This document shows positions 1 to 9,581 of a DNA stretch of 64,000 nucleotides, piece by piece; position 1 is the stretch's first letter, and the number at the start of each line of letters is the position of its first letter. A program made the position numbers and the translations under genes. The DNA is taken from the NCBI GenBank assembly GCA_046754465.1, contig JBHHVU010000011.1:1-64000 (forward strand), in the 5' to 3' direction. This DNA is from Nitrospinaceae bacterium (GTDB lineage: Bacteria; Nitrospinota; Nitrospinia; Nitrospinales; VA-1). The notes beneath the pieces were generated by a model. It made no database searches, was not told where the DNA came from, and worked only from the letters and a program-made list of their open reading frames with translations.

Positions 1-576
1 ATCGAAATCCACGGGTTTGGTGAAATAAATGTCCGCCCCGGACTCGAGGATCACCTTTTCGGAATGCCGCAAATCCCCGGAAATGGCAACAATGTTAATA
101 TACTTGGTTTTAGGATTCGATTTCAGGTTTTTACAGACCTCCATCCCGTTGATTCCCGGAAGGGCGATATCGAGGATGATGATCGAAGGCAAAAAATGCG
201 CCGCCTTCAACCCGGCGTCCCAGCCGTCATAGGCTACTTCGGTCACAAACCCGTTTTTCTCAAAAAATTTCTTGAGCAGATTCGAAAACTTTTTTTCATC
301 ATCCACGATAAGAATTTTGCGAACGGATTTTTCCTCCTCTTCCTTACTAAGGATATCCTTGATCATGCTTATGTTGTAGCCCTTCTTCTGCAGGGCGAAT
401 ATTTTCCTGCAACGGTTCTCCACCCAGGCCGGATAATACCCCACAATTCCTTTCCCTCCCGGATGGGCCTCTTTCACGGGGTCCGGGAAAAACCGGTATT
501 TTTTCTGCCAAAGCCAGAGAGTTTTCCTGGTAATGGGAACCACCTTTAAAATGTCTGCAGCGGTTACTCGTGACAT
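1..576 (-). CDS. MerR-type HTH + receiver-domain response regulator (3' end runs off window)
   Basis: Absent from the ORF track; translated by hand from ATG at 576: MSRVTAADILKVVPITRKTLWLWQKKYRFFPDP...GYNISMIKDIL (MerR-like wHTH), then RKILIVDDE...IIILDIALPGINGMEVC...IVAISG...GADIYFTKPVDFD (receiver with DD, phospho-Asp, S/T and KP). Confidence 0.85.
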   Translation of the reverse strand, partial: MSRVTAADILKVVPITRKTLWLWQKKYRFFPDPVKEAHPGGKGIVGYYPAWVENRCRKIFALQKKGYNISMIKDILSKEEEEKSVRKILIVDDEKKFSNLLKKFFEKNGFVTEVAYDGWDAGLKAAHFLPSIIILDIALPGINGMEVCKNLKSNPKTKYINIVAISGDLRHSEKVILESGADIYFTKPVDFD

Positions 577-1122
577 TGTTTTTTCCTGAGAAAAGTTTAT
601 TTAGATTGATTACTGGATGGCAAGGGGATGTTCGGCCTCCCGGGAAGGAACTTTATCCCGTGAAGCACGGTTCCAACTTGCCTCCACACCAGAAATCTAC
701 ACTGTTAATGTAATTTTATCAACAAAAATTTTGCATTTTTTGAAAAAAAATTCCCATGGGGCCGGAAATTAATTGAAAAATAGGCCTTTATCATAATTAA
801 AAAATTGTATACAATATTTGCATCCAATTCAATTTGAACCGGGATGGATTCCCAAACACCCTGGCTTATTTGTCTGATAATTCGATGATTGGCAACAAGG
901 TCAATCAAGAGACTTCCAACAGGGTGGTGTCAATTTAGGCTATTTTTTTAAGGAGCCAAGAATCCCCGGACCCAACCCGTCCCTTGGCGGATCAAGCCGG
1001 GAGGTTGATAAAGGATCGGTCATTTTCCTTTAAAAAGGAAATCAAATGAAAGGAACAATCCCTTTCATGGTTCGGCGCCCCTCTGCCAGGGGTTTGGAAA
1101 CTTCGGATACGCGAAAGAGATC

Positions 1123-2772
1123 ATGTTGGAAAATAATTTTATTCAATCACAAATCTATGGAGCCCGTCCTGCCATGTCACGATTTGTCCAGATGTTAATC
1201 GGCCTGGGTATGGTGTTGCCTTTTCAAATGGGCCTCCTTCCGGCGTCCTGGGCCCAGGAGAACCCCCAAGGGGCCCCTCCGAACCAGGATGTCCTTTTAC
1301 TTTCTTTAAGGGAAGTGGTGGAGGATACCTTGCGAAACAACATCACCATCGCGGTGGAGGAGTTCAATTCCAGGATTAAGAAACAGGATATTGCCGATCG
1401 GAAATCGGAATTCGACCCCACGGTCTCTGCCGAAATTTCGCTTCAGGAAAAAACCAGCCAGGTTTCCAGTGCGTTCGCCGCTCCAAACAAGAGCCGAAAC
1501 CTGGATCATACCTGGGACTTCTCGCTCAGCCAAAAAGTGGTGACGGGCGGCGATTATAACCTCAGTTTCAACAATGCCCGCAATAAGACCAACTCCTCTT
1601 TCGCCGGACTGAATCCCCAGTATTCCTCGGACCTGGAATTTTCATTTACGCAACCGATGCTCAAGAATTTTGGCATCGATAATAACAAGCGCAATATTTA
1701 TATCGCCAGCAACGATGTGAAAATTTCGGATTTTGATTTTGAAAATAAGGTGATCGAAACCGTGACCGGCGTGGAAAACGTTTATTGGGACCTGGTGTTC
1801 AGTATCGAGGACCTGAAGGTGAAGGAAAAATCCCTCCAACGCGCCAGGGACCTGGAGAAAAAGGTACGGGCCCAGGTCCGTGTGGGAACCCTGGCCCCGC
1901 TTGAAATTTTGCAGGCCAAGTCCGAGGTGGCCTCCCGGGAACAGCTTCTCCTGCAGGCCAGGAACTTGATCGACGATAACGAGGACAATTTAAAAAATAT
2001 CATCAACATCCGTTTTTCTTCTCCTGAGGGCCGAAAAAGAATCCAACCCGCGGACAAGCCGGGGTTTTCCGCGAAAGAGGAAATCAGTTTAGAGAACGCT
2101 CTTAAAAAAGCATTGAAGAAACGGCCCGATTACCTGTCCAGGAAAAAGACCCTGGAAAACCAGAATATCCTGGTTAAATATAATGAAAACCAGGTGTACC
2201 CATCAGTCGATCTGGTTGGCAGCCTGGGACTCAACGGGATCAGCGGGAACGCCGTCCGCATCGCTGGGTTTGGCGGCGCCGGCGGGCAAAGCCCCTTCGG
2301 CGGCGGATATGACGAAACCCTAGCCAACCTGTTTTCGACGCAATTCTTTAAATGGCAGGTGGGAGTGAAATTCAGTTATCCCCTGGGCAACCGGTCGGCC
2401 AAGAGCCGGCTGACCGCTTCCCGGCTGCAAGTGGCCCAGACCCTGCTGGACCTCAAGGACCTGGAAAAGAAAATCGTCGTGGAAGTCCGGGAAGCCGTCC
2501 GGCAAATCAAAACCGATATCAAAAGGGTGCAGGCGGCGCGGGTGGCGCGAAAACTGGCGGAAGAAAAACTGAGCGCGGAAGAAAAGAAATTTGAGGTGGG
2601 TATGTCCACAAGCTTCAACATCCTTGAATTCCAGGAGGATCTGGCGGAGGAACAAAGCAACGAGATCAAGGCGATCATCGACTACAACAAATCCATAATC
2701 CAGTTGCGAAAAGTCATGGCCACCACGCTGGACGCTCACAACATCAAAATGTCTTCCCAAAAAGACTCATGA
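1123..2772 (+). CDS. TolC-family outer membrane efflux protein
   Basis: Signal peptide, two TolC-type repeats (FSFTQPMLKNFG; VKFSYPLGNRSAKS; EEKKFEVGMST); overlaps the downstream adaptor gene. True start may be ATG 1174. Confidence 0.9.
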   Translation: MLENNFIQSQIYGARPAMSRFVQMLIGLGMVLPFQMGLLPASWAQENPQGAPPNQDVLLLSLREVVEDTLRNNITIAVEEFNSRIKKQDIADRKSEFDPTVSAEISLQEKTSQVSSAFAAPNKSRNLDHTWDFSLSQKVVTGGDYNLSFNNARNKTNSSFAGLNPQYSSDLEFSFTQPMLKNFGIDNNKRNIYIASNDVKISDFDFENKVIETVTGVENVYWDLVFSIEDLKVKEKSLQRARDLEKKVRAQVRVGTLAPLEILQAKSEVASREQLLLQARNLIDDNEDNLKNIINIRFSSPEGRKRIQPADKPGFSAKEEISLENALKKALKKRPDYLSRKKTLENQNILVKYNENQVYPSVDLVGSLGLNGISGNAVRIAGFGGAGGQSPFGGGYDETLANLFSTQFFKWQVGVKFSYPLGNRSAKSRLTASRLQVAQTLLDLKDLEKKIVVEVREAVRQIKTDIKRVQAARVARKLAEEKLSAEEKKFEVGMSTSFNILEFQEDLAEEQSNEIKAIIDYNKSIIQLRKVMATTLDAHNIKMSSQKDS

Positions 2773-4100
2773 AAAGAAACCGCGTCATTCTTGGACTGGT
2801 CCTTTTGGGAATCGTTCTTTACCTATTTCTCAGCCGGTCCAACGGTAAGGAAAACCCGCCTTCCGTGGAATATAAAACCGCCGAGGTTCAGAGGGGGGAT
2901 TTGACCATAAAAATATCCGCGACCGGCGTGGTGGTTCCCAACTTCAAGGTAGAGGTCAAATCCAAGGCCAGCGGTGAAGTGTTGAAATTCCCCTACGAGG
3001 AGGGAGACCGCGTCGGCAAGGGCGAACTCCTGATCCAACTCGATAAATCCGACGAAAAACGAAACGTCGCCAAGGCCGGGGCCGACCTGTCCAGCAGCCT
3101 GGCCAAATTAAAAAAAGCCGAAACCGCCCTGATCCTGCAAAAAACGAAATACGAAACCGATTTGCAGCAAACTCGTTCGGCGGTGGAGGCCGCCGAGGCC
3201 AATCTCCAGGAGTCCGCGGACAAACTTAAGCGGCAATCCGACCTCTTCAACCAGAAAATCGTTTCCGAGGAGCTCCTCGACGCCGCCAAAACCGCTGAAA
3301 AGGTGAACCGGGAAAACCTGGTTCAGGCCCGCGTCCAACTCCAGGTCGCCAAAAACGCCGTCCATGATATCACCATGAAGGAAAATGAACTGGAGCTGGT
3401 CAAGGCGGAGGTGACCCGCGCCCGGATCGCCCTGGAAGAGGCGCAGGAACGGTTGGACGAGACGGAAATTTTCGCCCCGATCACCGGGGTCATAATCAAG
3501 AAAATGGTCGAGGAAGGACAAATCATCGCTTCCGGCATATCCAATGTCAGCGGGGGAACCCCCCTGGTGGACGTGGCGGATATGTCCCGGCTGTTTATTA
3601 TCGCCGATGTGGATGAAACGGATATCGGGTCCATTAAAACCAATCAACCCGTCACTATCACCGCGGACGCCTTCCACGGTAAAACCTTCGAGGGAAAGGT
3701 CACCCGGATCGCCCCCCAGGGCGAAGTGGAGAACAGCATCACCATTTTCAAGGTGAAAATCGAAATTGTGGGTCCCGGTAAAAACATCCTGAAACCCATG
3801 ATGACGGCTAATATCGAAATTGTAACCGCCCGCGCCAGGGACGCCCTCTATATCCCTCGGGGCGCGGTGACCAAGGAAGACGGCCAGGTATTCGTGGCCG
3901 TCCTGGAAGACGGCCGACCCAAAAAAGTTCAAATAATACTTGGACTGCAAAATCCGATTTATTCCCAGGTGGTTTCCGGATTGAAATTGGGCCAGAAGGT
4001 TCTTCTCGGGGATTGGAAAAAGCTTCTCGCCGCCGCAGAGAAGCCGAAGGATAAAGGATCGGCCTTGAGAAAAATTCTTTGGATGATCCGGTCGAAATGA
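2769..4100 (+). CDS. MacA-like periplasmic adaptor (membrane fusion protein)
   Basis: N-terminal TM anchor, lipoyl halves (VEVKSKASGEV; IFAPITGVII), long coiled coil, VDETDIGSI and LKPMMTANIEI motifs. Confidence 0.9.
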   Translation: MKRNRVILGLVLLGIVLYLFLSRSNGKENPPSVEYKTAEVQRGDLTIKISATGVVVPNFKVEVKSKASGEVLKFPYEEGDRVGKGELLIQLDKSDEKRNVAKAGADLSSSLAKLKKAETALILQKTKYETDLQQTRSAVEAAEANLQESADKLKRQSDLFNQKIVSEELLDAAKTAEKVNRENLVQARVQLQVAKNAVHDITMKENELELVKAEVTRARIALEEAQERLDETEIFAPITGVIIKKMVEEGQIIASGISNVSGGTPLVDVADMSRLFIIADVDETDIGSIKTNQPVTITADAFHGKTFEGKVTRIAPQGEVENSITIFKVKIEIVGPGKNILKPMMTANIEIVTARARDALYIPRGAVTKEDGQVFVAVLEDGRPKKVQIILGLQNPIYSQVVSGLKLGQKVLLGDWKKLLAAAEKPKDKGSALRKILWMIRSK

Positions 4101-4291
4101 GGGGTTGCCCGGACCGGGGGGTATCCATTTCTTTCTTGCCTTGACGGCGATGCCGTTGCGATAATTAAACCAGAACCTTCCCGGTCCGCCGGATTATTCT
4201 TGAAGCGGGATCCTCTCCTCGATAAAACCGGCTTATCCTGGAGAAATTTCCGGTGGCCAACGATTTAAAGTAAAGTTAAGGAAAACCGACC

Positions 4292-4981
4292 TTGATCGAT
4301 GTTATCAATCTGAGCAAAACCTATCAACTGGGAAAGGTGGAGGTCCCCGCCCTGGTCAATGCTACTTTCAGTTTCAACACCGGGGAATTCGTGGCGATCA
4401 TGGGTCCCTCCGGGAGCGGCAAATCCACCCTGATGAATCTTCTCGGGTGCCTGGACCTCCCCACGTCGGGCATTTACCGGCTGGAAGATTATGACATCCA
4501 ATCCCTGGACTCCAACGATCTCGCCCGGATACGCAACCAGCGGATCGGTTTCGTGTTTCAGAATTTCAATTTACTGCCGCGGGCCAGCGCCCTGGAAAAC
4601 ATCGAACTGCCTCTTCTATACGGGAGGGTCCCCAACTCTGCGCGAATTGCCAGGGACGCGCTGGCCCGGGTCGGGCTGGCGGACCGAACCCACCACAAAC
4701 CCAATGAACTCTCCGGGGGCGAATGCCAGAGGGTGGCCATTGCACGGGCTATCGTAAACAATCCCTCCATCATCCTTGCCGATGAGCCGACGGGCAACCT
4801 CGATTCCAAAAACGGCGAAGAAATCATGAATATTTTTCAACGCTTGAACTCGGACGGCGTCATGGTCATCCTGGTCACCCATGAGCGGGAACTCGCCCAG
4901 AACGCCCGCCGCATCCTTCAGATGAAGGACGGCCGCATCATCAACGATTCAGCCCCGGTGGAAACGGTGCAGCCATGCTGA
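4292..4981 (+). CDS. ABC transporter ATP-binding protein (MacB/LolD family)
   Basis: Walker [23 protein letters not shown] signature, Walker [16 protein letters not shown]. Confidence 0.95.
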   Translation: MIDVINLSKTYQLGKVEVPALVNATFSFNTGEFVAIMGPSGSGKSTLMNLLGCLDLPTSGIYRLEDYDIQSLDSNDLARIRNQRIGFVFQNFNLLPRASALENIELPLLYGRVPNSARIARDALARVGLADRTHHKPNELSGGECQRVAIARAIVNNPSIILADEPTGNLDSKNGEEIMNIFQRLNSDGVMVILVTHERELAQNARRILQMKDGRIINDSAPVETVQPC

Positions 4982-6183
4982 TCCTGGATTTATTGAAAAT
5001 GGCCCTGCGGAGCCTCGTTGCCAATAAATTGCGCACATTTTTGACGACCCTGGGAATCATCATCGGCGTGGCCTCGGTCATTTCCATGATTTCTATCGGC
5101 GAAGGGGCGAAAAAGCAAACCCTGAGCACCATCTCCAAGTTTGGCACCAACATCATCACCGTCAAACCCGGCCAGAAAAAAACACGCCACGTGCTGACCG
5201 ACCGGGTGAAAACGCTGACCCTGAAAGACGCCGAGGCGATCGAAACCAGCATTCCCCTGATTACCGGGGTGGCGGCGCAGGTTTACCGGTCGGCGCAATT
5301 GAAATATTCCAACAAAAACACCAATACCACCGTCCGCGGGACCGGAAAGGATTACGCCCGCCTGGCGAACTTCGTCATGGATCGGGGGCGATATTTCGGC
5401 GACGCGGAAATCCACGCCGCGAGGCGCATCGCCGTTCTGGGCGCCACGGTCGTCAAAAATTTATTTGGCGGGGAAAACCCTGTCGGGAAAACCATCAAGG
5501 TGGATGGAAACAATTATCTTGTTATCGGCATGACCGAGGCCAAGGGAGCCCTGAGCTGGTACGATCCAGACGACCAGATTTTTATTCCCGTGACGACCGC
5601 CCAGAAACGGCTTTTTGGAATGAATTACGTTCAGTCGATCGATGTCCAGGCGGCGCGCATTGAGGATCTCGAGATCATTAAGAAGGACATTGAGAGGCTG
5701 CTCAGATTGCGGCACAATACCCGTGAAGGCGCGGAAATCGATTTTCACGTGCAAAATTCCGCCCAGTGGCTCAACAGTTGGGGTGACGCGGCAAAGACCT
5801 TCACCTATCTCCTGGGTGGGATCGCCGCTATTTCGCTCATGGTGGGGGGTATCGGAATCATGAACATCATGCTGGTTTCCGTCACCGAGCGCACCCGGGA
5901 AATCGGGATTCGCAAGGCAATCGGCGCCAAAAAAAAGGAAATCATGGAACAGTTTCTCATTGAATCGGTTCTTATCAGCTTCTTGGGCGGCGGCATCGGG
6001 ATTCTCCTCGGCCTGGTTATTTCCAAAACGGTCTCCAGCATGGGGGGCTGGGACACCATTGTGTCGGTGCAATCCATTCTCCTGGCTTTCGGCTTTTCGG
6101 TGGGGATCGGTGTCTTTTTCGGATTTTACCCCGCCAACAAGGCGGCCAATCTTAATCCCATTGACGCATTGCGTTACGAGTGA
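4975..6183 (+). CDS. MacB-family ABC permease (FtsX domain)
   Basis: KLRTFLTTLGIIIGVASV; IAAISLMVGGIGIMNIMLVSVTERTREIGIRKAIGA; C-terminal PANKAANLNPIDALRYE. Confidence 0.95.
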   Translation: MLILDLLKMALRSLVANKLRTFLTTLGIIIGVASVISMISIGEGAKKQTLSTISKFGTNIITVKPGQKKTRHVLTDRVKTLTLKDAEAIETSIPLITGVAAQVYRSAQLKYSNKNTNTTVRGTGKDYARLANFVMDRGRYFGDAEIHAARRIAVLGATVVKNLFGGENPVGKTIKVDGNNYLVIGMTEAKGALSWYDPDDQIFIPVTTAQKRLFGMNYVQSIDVQAARIEDLEIIKKDIERLLRLRHNTREGAEIDFHVQNSAQWLNSWGDAAKTFTYLLGGIAAISLMVGGIGIMNIMLVSVTERTREIGIRKAIGAKKKEIMEQFLIESVLISFLGGGIGILLGLVISKTVSSMGGWDTIVSVQSILLAFGFSVGIGVFFGFYPANKAANLNPIDALRYE

Positions 6184-6208
6184 CTGGTTGTCCTGTCCCT
6201 CCCTGGCC

Positions 6209-7714
6209 ATGCGAATCCTACCCGGCAAAACACTCTATTCCGCGCTTTGCGAAAAATCCAGACGCGTCCCCATCTGTGGAGAGAAAACCGTTCCCGGCCT
6301 CGATCCGGCCTCCCTCTATGAAGGACTTTACCGGGAATGCCCCGACTCTTTTCTATTCGAAAGCGGAAAAGGACCGCAAGCCACCGCCCGCTATTCCCTG
6401 ATGGGGGCATCCAATTCCCGATTGATTCAGATCAGGGACCGGACCACCCGGCTTTACCTGCATGGTAATCCGCAAAAAGTGCTGGACCATCCCGATGCCG
6501 GATTGGCATGGCTGGATTTTGAAGAGGGCGTCCAACCGGTCGATTACCTGGACCATTTCTGGGGCGGCTGGACCGGTTATATCGGCTACGAGGCGGCGGG
6601 CCTGTTTGAACACCTGCCTCCGGAAAAACCCGGCGGTCCTGGCAACCCGGACTTGTATTTCATGCAGGTGGACCGCCTCATCGTCTACGATCACCTTACG
6701 GAAGCCTTGAAGGTCATCCTGTCTCCTCTACGGGGGGAACTTACCTATGAGGAGGCCCTCAAGGAAATTCGCGGAATTTGGGATTCCATCCATGCCGTGA
6801 TGGACCGATGCCACCGGTCCGGCCTCAATGAATCGGGCTTTACCGGGACCCACGGGGACAAAAAGGAACCCAACCTCAATGGGCTCCTTTCCAACATGTC
6901 GCGGGAAGATTATATGGACCGCGTTCAAAGGGTAAAACGATATATCGGTGAAGGGGATATTTATCAGGCCAATTTGGCGCAGCGGTTCGAAACCGGATTC
7001 GAAGGAAATCCTTTCGATCTCTACAAAAAGCTGAAAGCGGTCAACCCCTCCCCTTTTTCCGGATTTTTAAAATTCAAGGGACTGGCGATCGCCAGTTCTT
7101 CTCCGGAACGGCTGGTCAAGGTGGACGGTCCGCGCATAGAAACCCGGCCGATAGCCGGAACCCGGCCGAGAAGTCGCGATCCGGTGAAAGACCGTTCCCT
7201 TTCCACCGAACTGCTGCTCAACGAAAAGGAACGTGCGGAACACCTCATGCTCGTCGATCTGGAGAGAAACGATCTCGGCCGCATCAGCCGGGTAGGAAGC
7301 GTTTGCGTGACGGACCTGATGTTTCTCGAGCAATACTCCCATGTGAGCCATATCGTATCCAACATCGTGGGAAACCTGCGGCCGGGAGTTTCCGTAAAGG
7401 AAATTCTTCGCGCGGTCTTCCCCGGAGGAACGATCACCGGCTGTCCCAAGGTCCGCTGCATGGAAATCATCCACGAACTGGAACCCACCCGCCGAGGCCC
7501 CTATTCCGGTTCCTTCGGATACATCGGCTTCTCCCCCCATATGGATCTCAACATCATCATCCGGACGATCCTCCTGCAAGAGGGCAAAGCCTGGTTCCAT
7601 GTCGGCGCCGGAATCGTGGCCGATTCATCTCCGGAACAGGAATACCAGGAAACCCTGGACAAGGCCGCGGCCATGATTGAAGTGCTTTCCCCGTCCACGA
7701 AGGGAATGGAATAG
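6209..7714 (+). CDS. pabB: Aminodeoxychorismate synthase component I / anthranilate synthase component I family
   Basis: FLFESG, GDIYQANLAQRF, SSSPERL, RPIAGTRPR, KERAEHLMLVDLERNDLGR, FPGGTITGCPK. Start moved to ATG 6209, just after the permease stop. The adjacent class IV enzyme favours PabB over TrpE. Confidence 0.8.
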   Translation: MRILPGKTLYSALCEKSRRVPICGEKTVPGLDPASLYEGLYRECPDSFLFESGKGPQATARYSLMGASNSRLIQIRDRTTRLYLHGNPQKVLDHPDAGLAWLDFEEGVQPVDYLDHFWGGWTGYIGYEAAGLFEHLPPEKPGGPGNPDLYFMQVDRLIVYDHLTEALKVILSPLRGELTYEEALKEIRGIWDSIHAVMDRCHRSGLNESGFTGTHGDKKEPNLNGLLSNMSREDYMDRVQRVKRYIGEGDIYQANLAQRFETGFEGNPFDLYKKLKAVNPSPFSGFLKFKGLAIASSSPERLVKVDGPRIETRPIAGTRPRSRDPVKDRSLSTELLLNEKERAEHLMLVDLERNDLGRISRVGSVCVTDLMFLEQYSHVSHIVSNIVGNLRPGVSVKEILRAVFPGGTITGCPKVRCMEIIHELEPTRRGPYSGSFGYIGFSPHMDLNIIIRTILLQEGKAWFHVGAGIVADSSPEQEYQETLDKAAAMIEVLSPSTKGME

Positions 7715-7716
7715 TG

Positions 7717-8580
7717 ATGGAGCGCATCGTTTTTCTCAACGGACTGTTCATGGAATCCCGGCACGCCCGGATTTCCATCCACGACCGCGGATTTTGCTAC
7801 GGGGACGGCCTGTTTGAGACGATGCGGTCCTACCGGGGAAAAATTTTTCACCTCGACGCGCACCTGGACCGGCTTTACCGCTCGATGGACCTGGTTTACC
7901 TGAAACTGCCCATGACCCGGGGGGAATTGGTGTCGGCGTTTTATGAAACCCTCGCTAGAAACGCTTTTGTCGTTGCCGATGCCTTGATCCGATTGACCCT
8001 CACACGGGGGGAACAGGAATTTGGCCTGCCGATCGATCCCGAAATTCCTCCCACCGTGGCTATCGCCGCGAAGCTCATCCAGCCCTTGCCGGAGGCATGG
8101 TACCGGGAGGGAGTGAAAATATTTCTCTTTCCCCAAAGCGCGCACCGGATCAGCGGCGTGGCCGGTCAGGTGAAATCGCTGAACTTCCTTTCAAATATCA
8201 TCATCCGGGAACTCGCGGCGAAAAATCAGTCCATGGAGGGGATCCTGGTCGACCACAACAACCGGGTCACCGAAGGCGCCGCCAGTAATATTTTCCTCGT
8301 CAAGAACGGCATCCTCCAAACCCCCCGGCTCAATGAATTCATCCTGCCGGGGATCACGCGCCAGGCGGTCCTGGATCTCGCCAAAGGACACGGGATCCCC
8401 TGTTCTGAAAAAGATATTGCCCCGGAGGAGGTGTTCGGCGCCGCCGAGGTTTTCCTGACCAATTCCAGGATCGAGATTTTACCGGTCCGGCAGGCCAATG
8501 AACACCGGATAGGGACAGGCCGGGCCGGGGAAATGACCCGGTTCCTGCATCGGGAATTTCGAAAAGTCGTTGAAGGATAA
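7717..8580 (+). CDS. PLP-dependent class IV aminotransferase / 4-amino-4-deoxychorismate lyase-like
   Basis: DRGFCYGDGLFETMR, VKSLNF (PLP Lys), TEGAASNIF, ILPGITR; coupled to pabB. Confidence 0.85.
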   Translation: MERIVFLNGLFMESRHARISIHDRGFCYGDGLFETMRSYRGKIFHLDAHLDRLYRSMDLVYLKLPMTRGELVSAFYETLARNAFVVADALIRLTLTRGEQEFGLPIDPEIPPTVAIAAKLIQPLPEAWYREGVKIFLFPQSAHRISGVAGQVKSLNFLSNIIIRELAAKNQSMEGILVDHNNRVTEGAASNIFLVKNGILQTPRLNEFILPGITRQAVLDLAKGHGIPCSEKDIAPEEVFGAAEVFLTNSRIEILPVRQANEHRIGTGRAGEMTRFLHREFRKVVEG

Positions 8581-8637
8581 TTTTAAAAATGATAGTCTTC
8601 CCAATCAATTTACCTGGATGGAATTTGAATTGGGTTT

Positions 8638-9093
8638 TTGATGAGCGATAATGACAGGTTTCATGATAATCCGAATGGCGTCATCTCGGATGAAGAAAAC
8701 GGTAAGGAATGGCTGCCGAAGGACTCCTATCAGGACCTGGGTGTATGGCGCAACTGGCATGAAGCTCAAGATTATATCCGCTTGATGAGGCAGATTTATG
8801 CGGGAGGTCATTCCGACTGGCGATTTCCCACCCGAGAGGAAGCTCTCAGCCTGTATGATCCGAATCTGAAGAACAAGGATTTGAATGGGAAGGACATTCA
8901 CATCCACCCGGTTTTCGTTTCCAAGTGTTCCTGCTACATCTGGACCAGCGAGGTGAACGAAAAGGACCAAGCGTTACGGGTTAACCTGAGAGACGGCACG
9001 ACCGAATTCATCGATAAGACGATCCAGGAACACCAGGCGACCCGGCTCGTCCGTGACGGGTCCCCGAAACCTCAAATTTCACAGGACGCGTAA
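8638..9093 (+). CDS. DUF1566 (Lcl C-terminal-like) domain protein
   Basis: RFHDNPNGVISD...W, YAGGHSDWRFPTREE, YIWTSE and terminal TRLVRD match the DUF1566 pattern. Confidence 0.75.
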   Translation: MMSDNDRFHDNPNGVISDEENGKEWLPKDSYQDLGVWRNWHEAQDYIRLMRQIYAGGHSDWRFPTREEALSLYDPNLKNKDLNGKDIHIHPVFVSKCSCYIWTSEVNEKDQALRVNLRDGTTEFIDKTIQEHQATRLVRDGSPKPQISQDA

Positions 9094-9480
9094 CCGGGGT
9101 TCGGCCTCTTCCCAGAACTGGGCGGAGGTCATCGACCCGATCGAATCGCGGCGGTAAATTTTCCCCTCCACCGAATACTCCTCCACCCCAGCATCCCCGT
9201 GCGTCACGACGGGGACATCTCCGTGCCGGGTCTTTTCGAATCCGTTAAACAAGGCCGCCGCCGTGGCGGGAGAAAGATCCAGCGAAAAACGGCGGGCGGC
9301 CCGCTTTTCCCGGCCGGGATCGTGCAAGTCCACACAAAGATGATTTCCTGCCACCCAACACGCTATGGTGTCCTCCTCCGATTTTCCGGGCACAAACACT
9401 TTCTGGTCCACACGGACCGCGTATTCCGGACTGAAGGAGCCCGGAATCCACACTTTTCCCGTATCTTCGATTTTGGGCAT
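9079..9480 (-). CDS. Hypothetical protein
   Basis: 133-aa ATG ORF filling the gap between the convergent DUF1566 gene and the divergent bioF; no motif recognised. Confidence 0.65.
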   Translation of the reverse strand: MPKIEDTGKVWIPGSFSPEYAVRVDQKVFVPGKSEEDTIACWVAGNHLCVDLHDPGREKRAARRFSLDLSPATAAALFNGFEKTRHGDVPVVTHGDAGVEEYSVEGKIYRRDSIGSMTSAQFWEEAEPRLRVL

Positions 9481-9508
9481 GATTCCGGTTAAAAACGTGA
9501 GCCGATTT

Positions 9509-9537
9509 TTGACTTGAAAAGGCTTTTATAACATAAT
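9509..9537 (+). promoter_or_regulatory. Putative sigma70 promoter of the bioF operon
   Basis: TTGACT (9509-9514), 17-nt spacer, CATAAT (9532-9537), about 45 nt before the bioF start. Confidence 0.55.
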
Positions 9538-9581
9538 TTAGGAAACGATATGGATCCTGTCCCAGAGGACCACACAAATTC

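Noticed and set aside
5960..6208. N-terminal extension of the pabB ORF (584 aa in the track)
   Set aside because: It overlaps the MacB permease in another frame and has no recognisable content; ATG 6209 is the sensible start.
9481..9581. BirA operator upstream of bioF
   Set aside because: No TGTAAACC-N14/15-GGTTTACA-like inverted repeat; only a short AAAAG-G-CTTTT palindrome.
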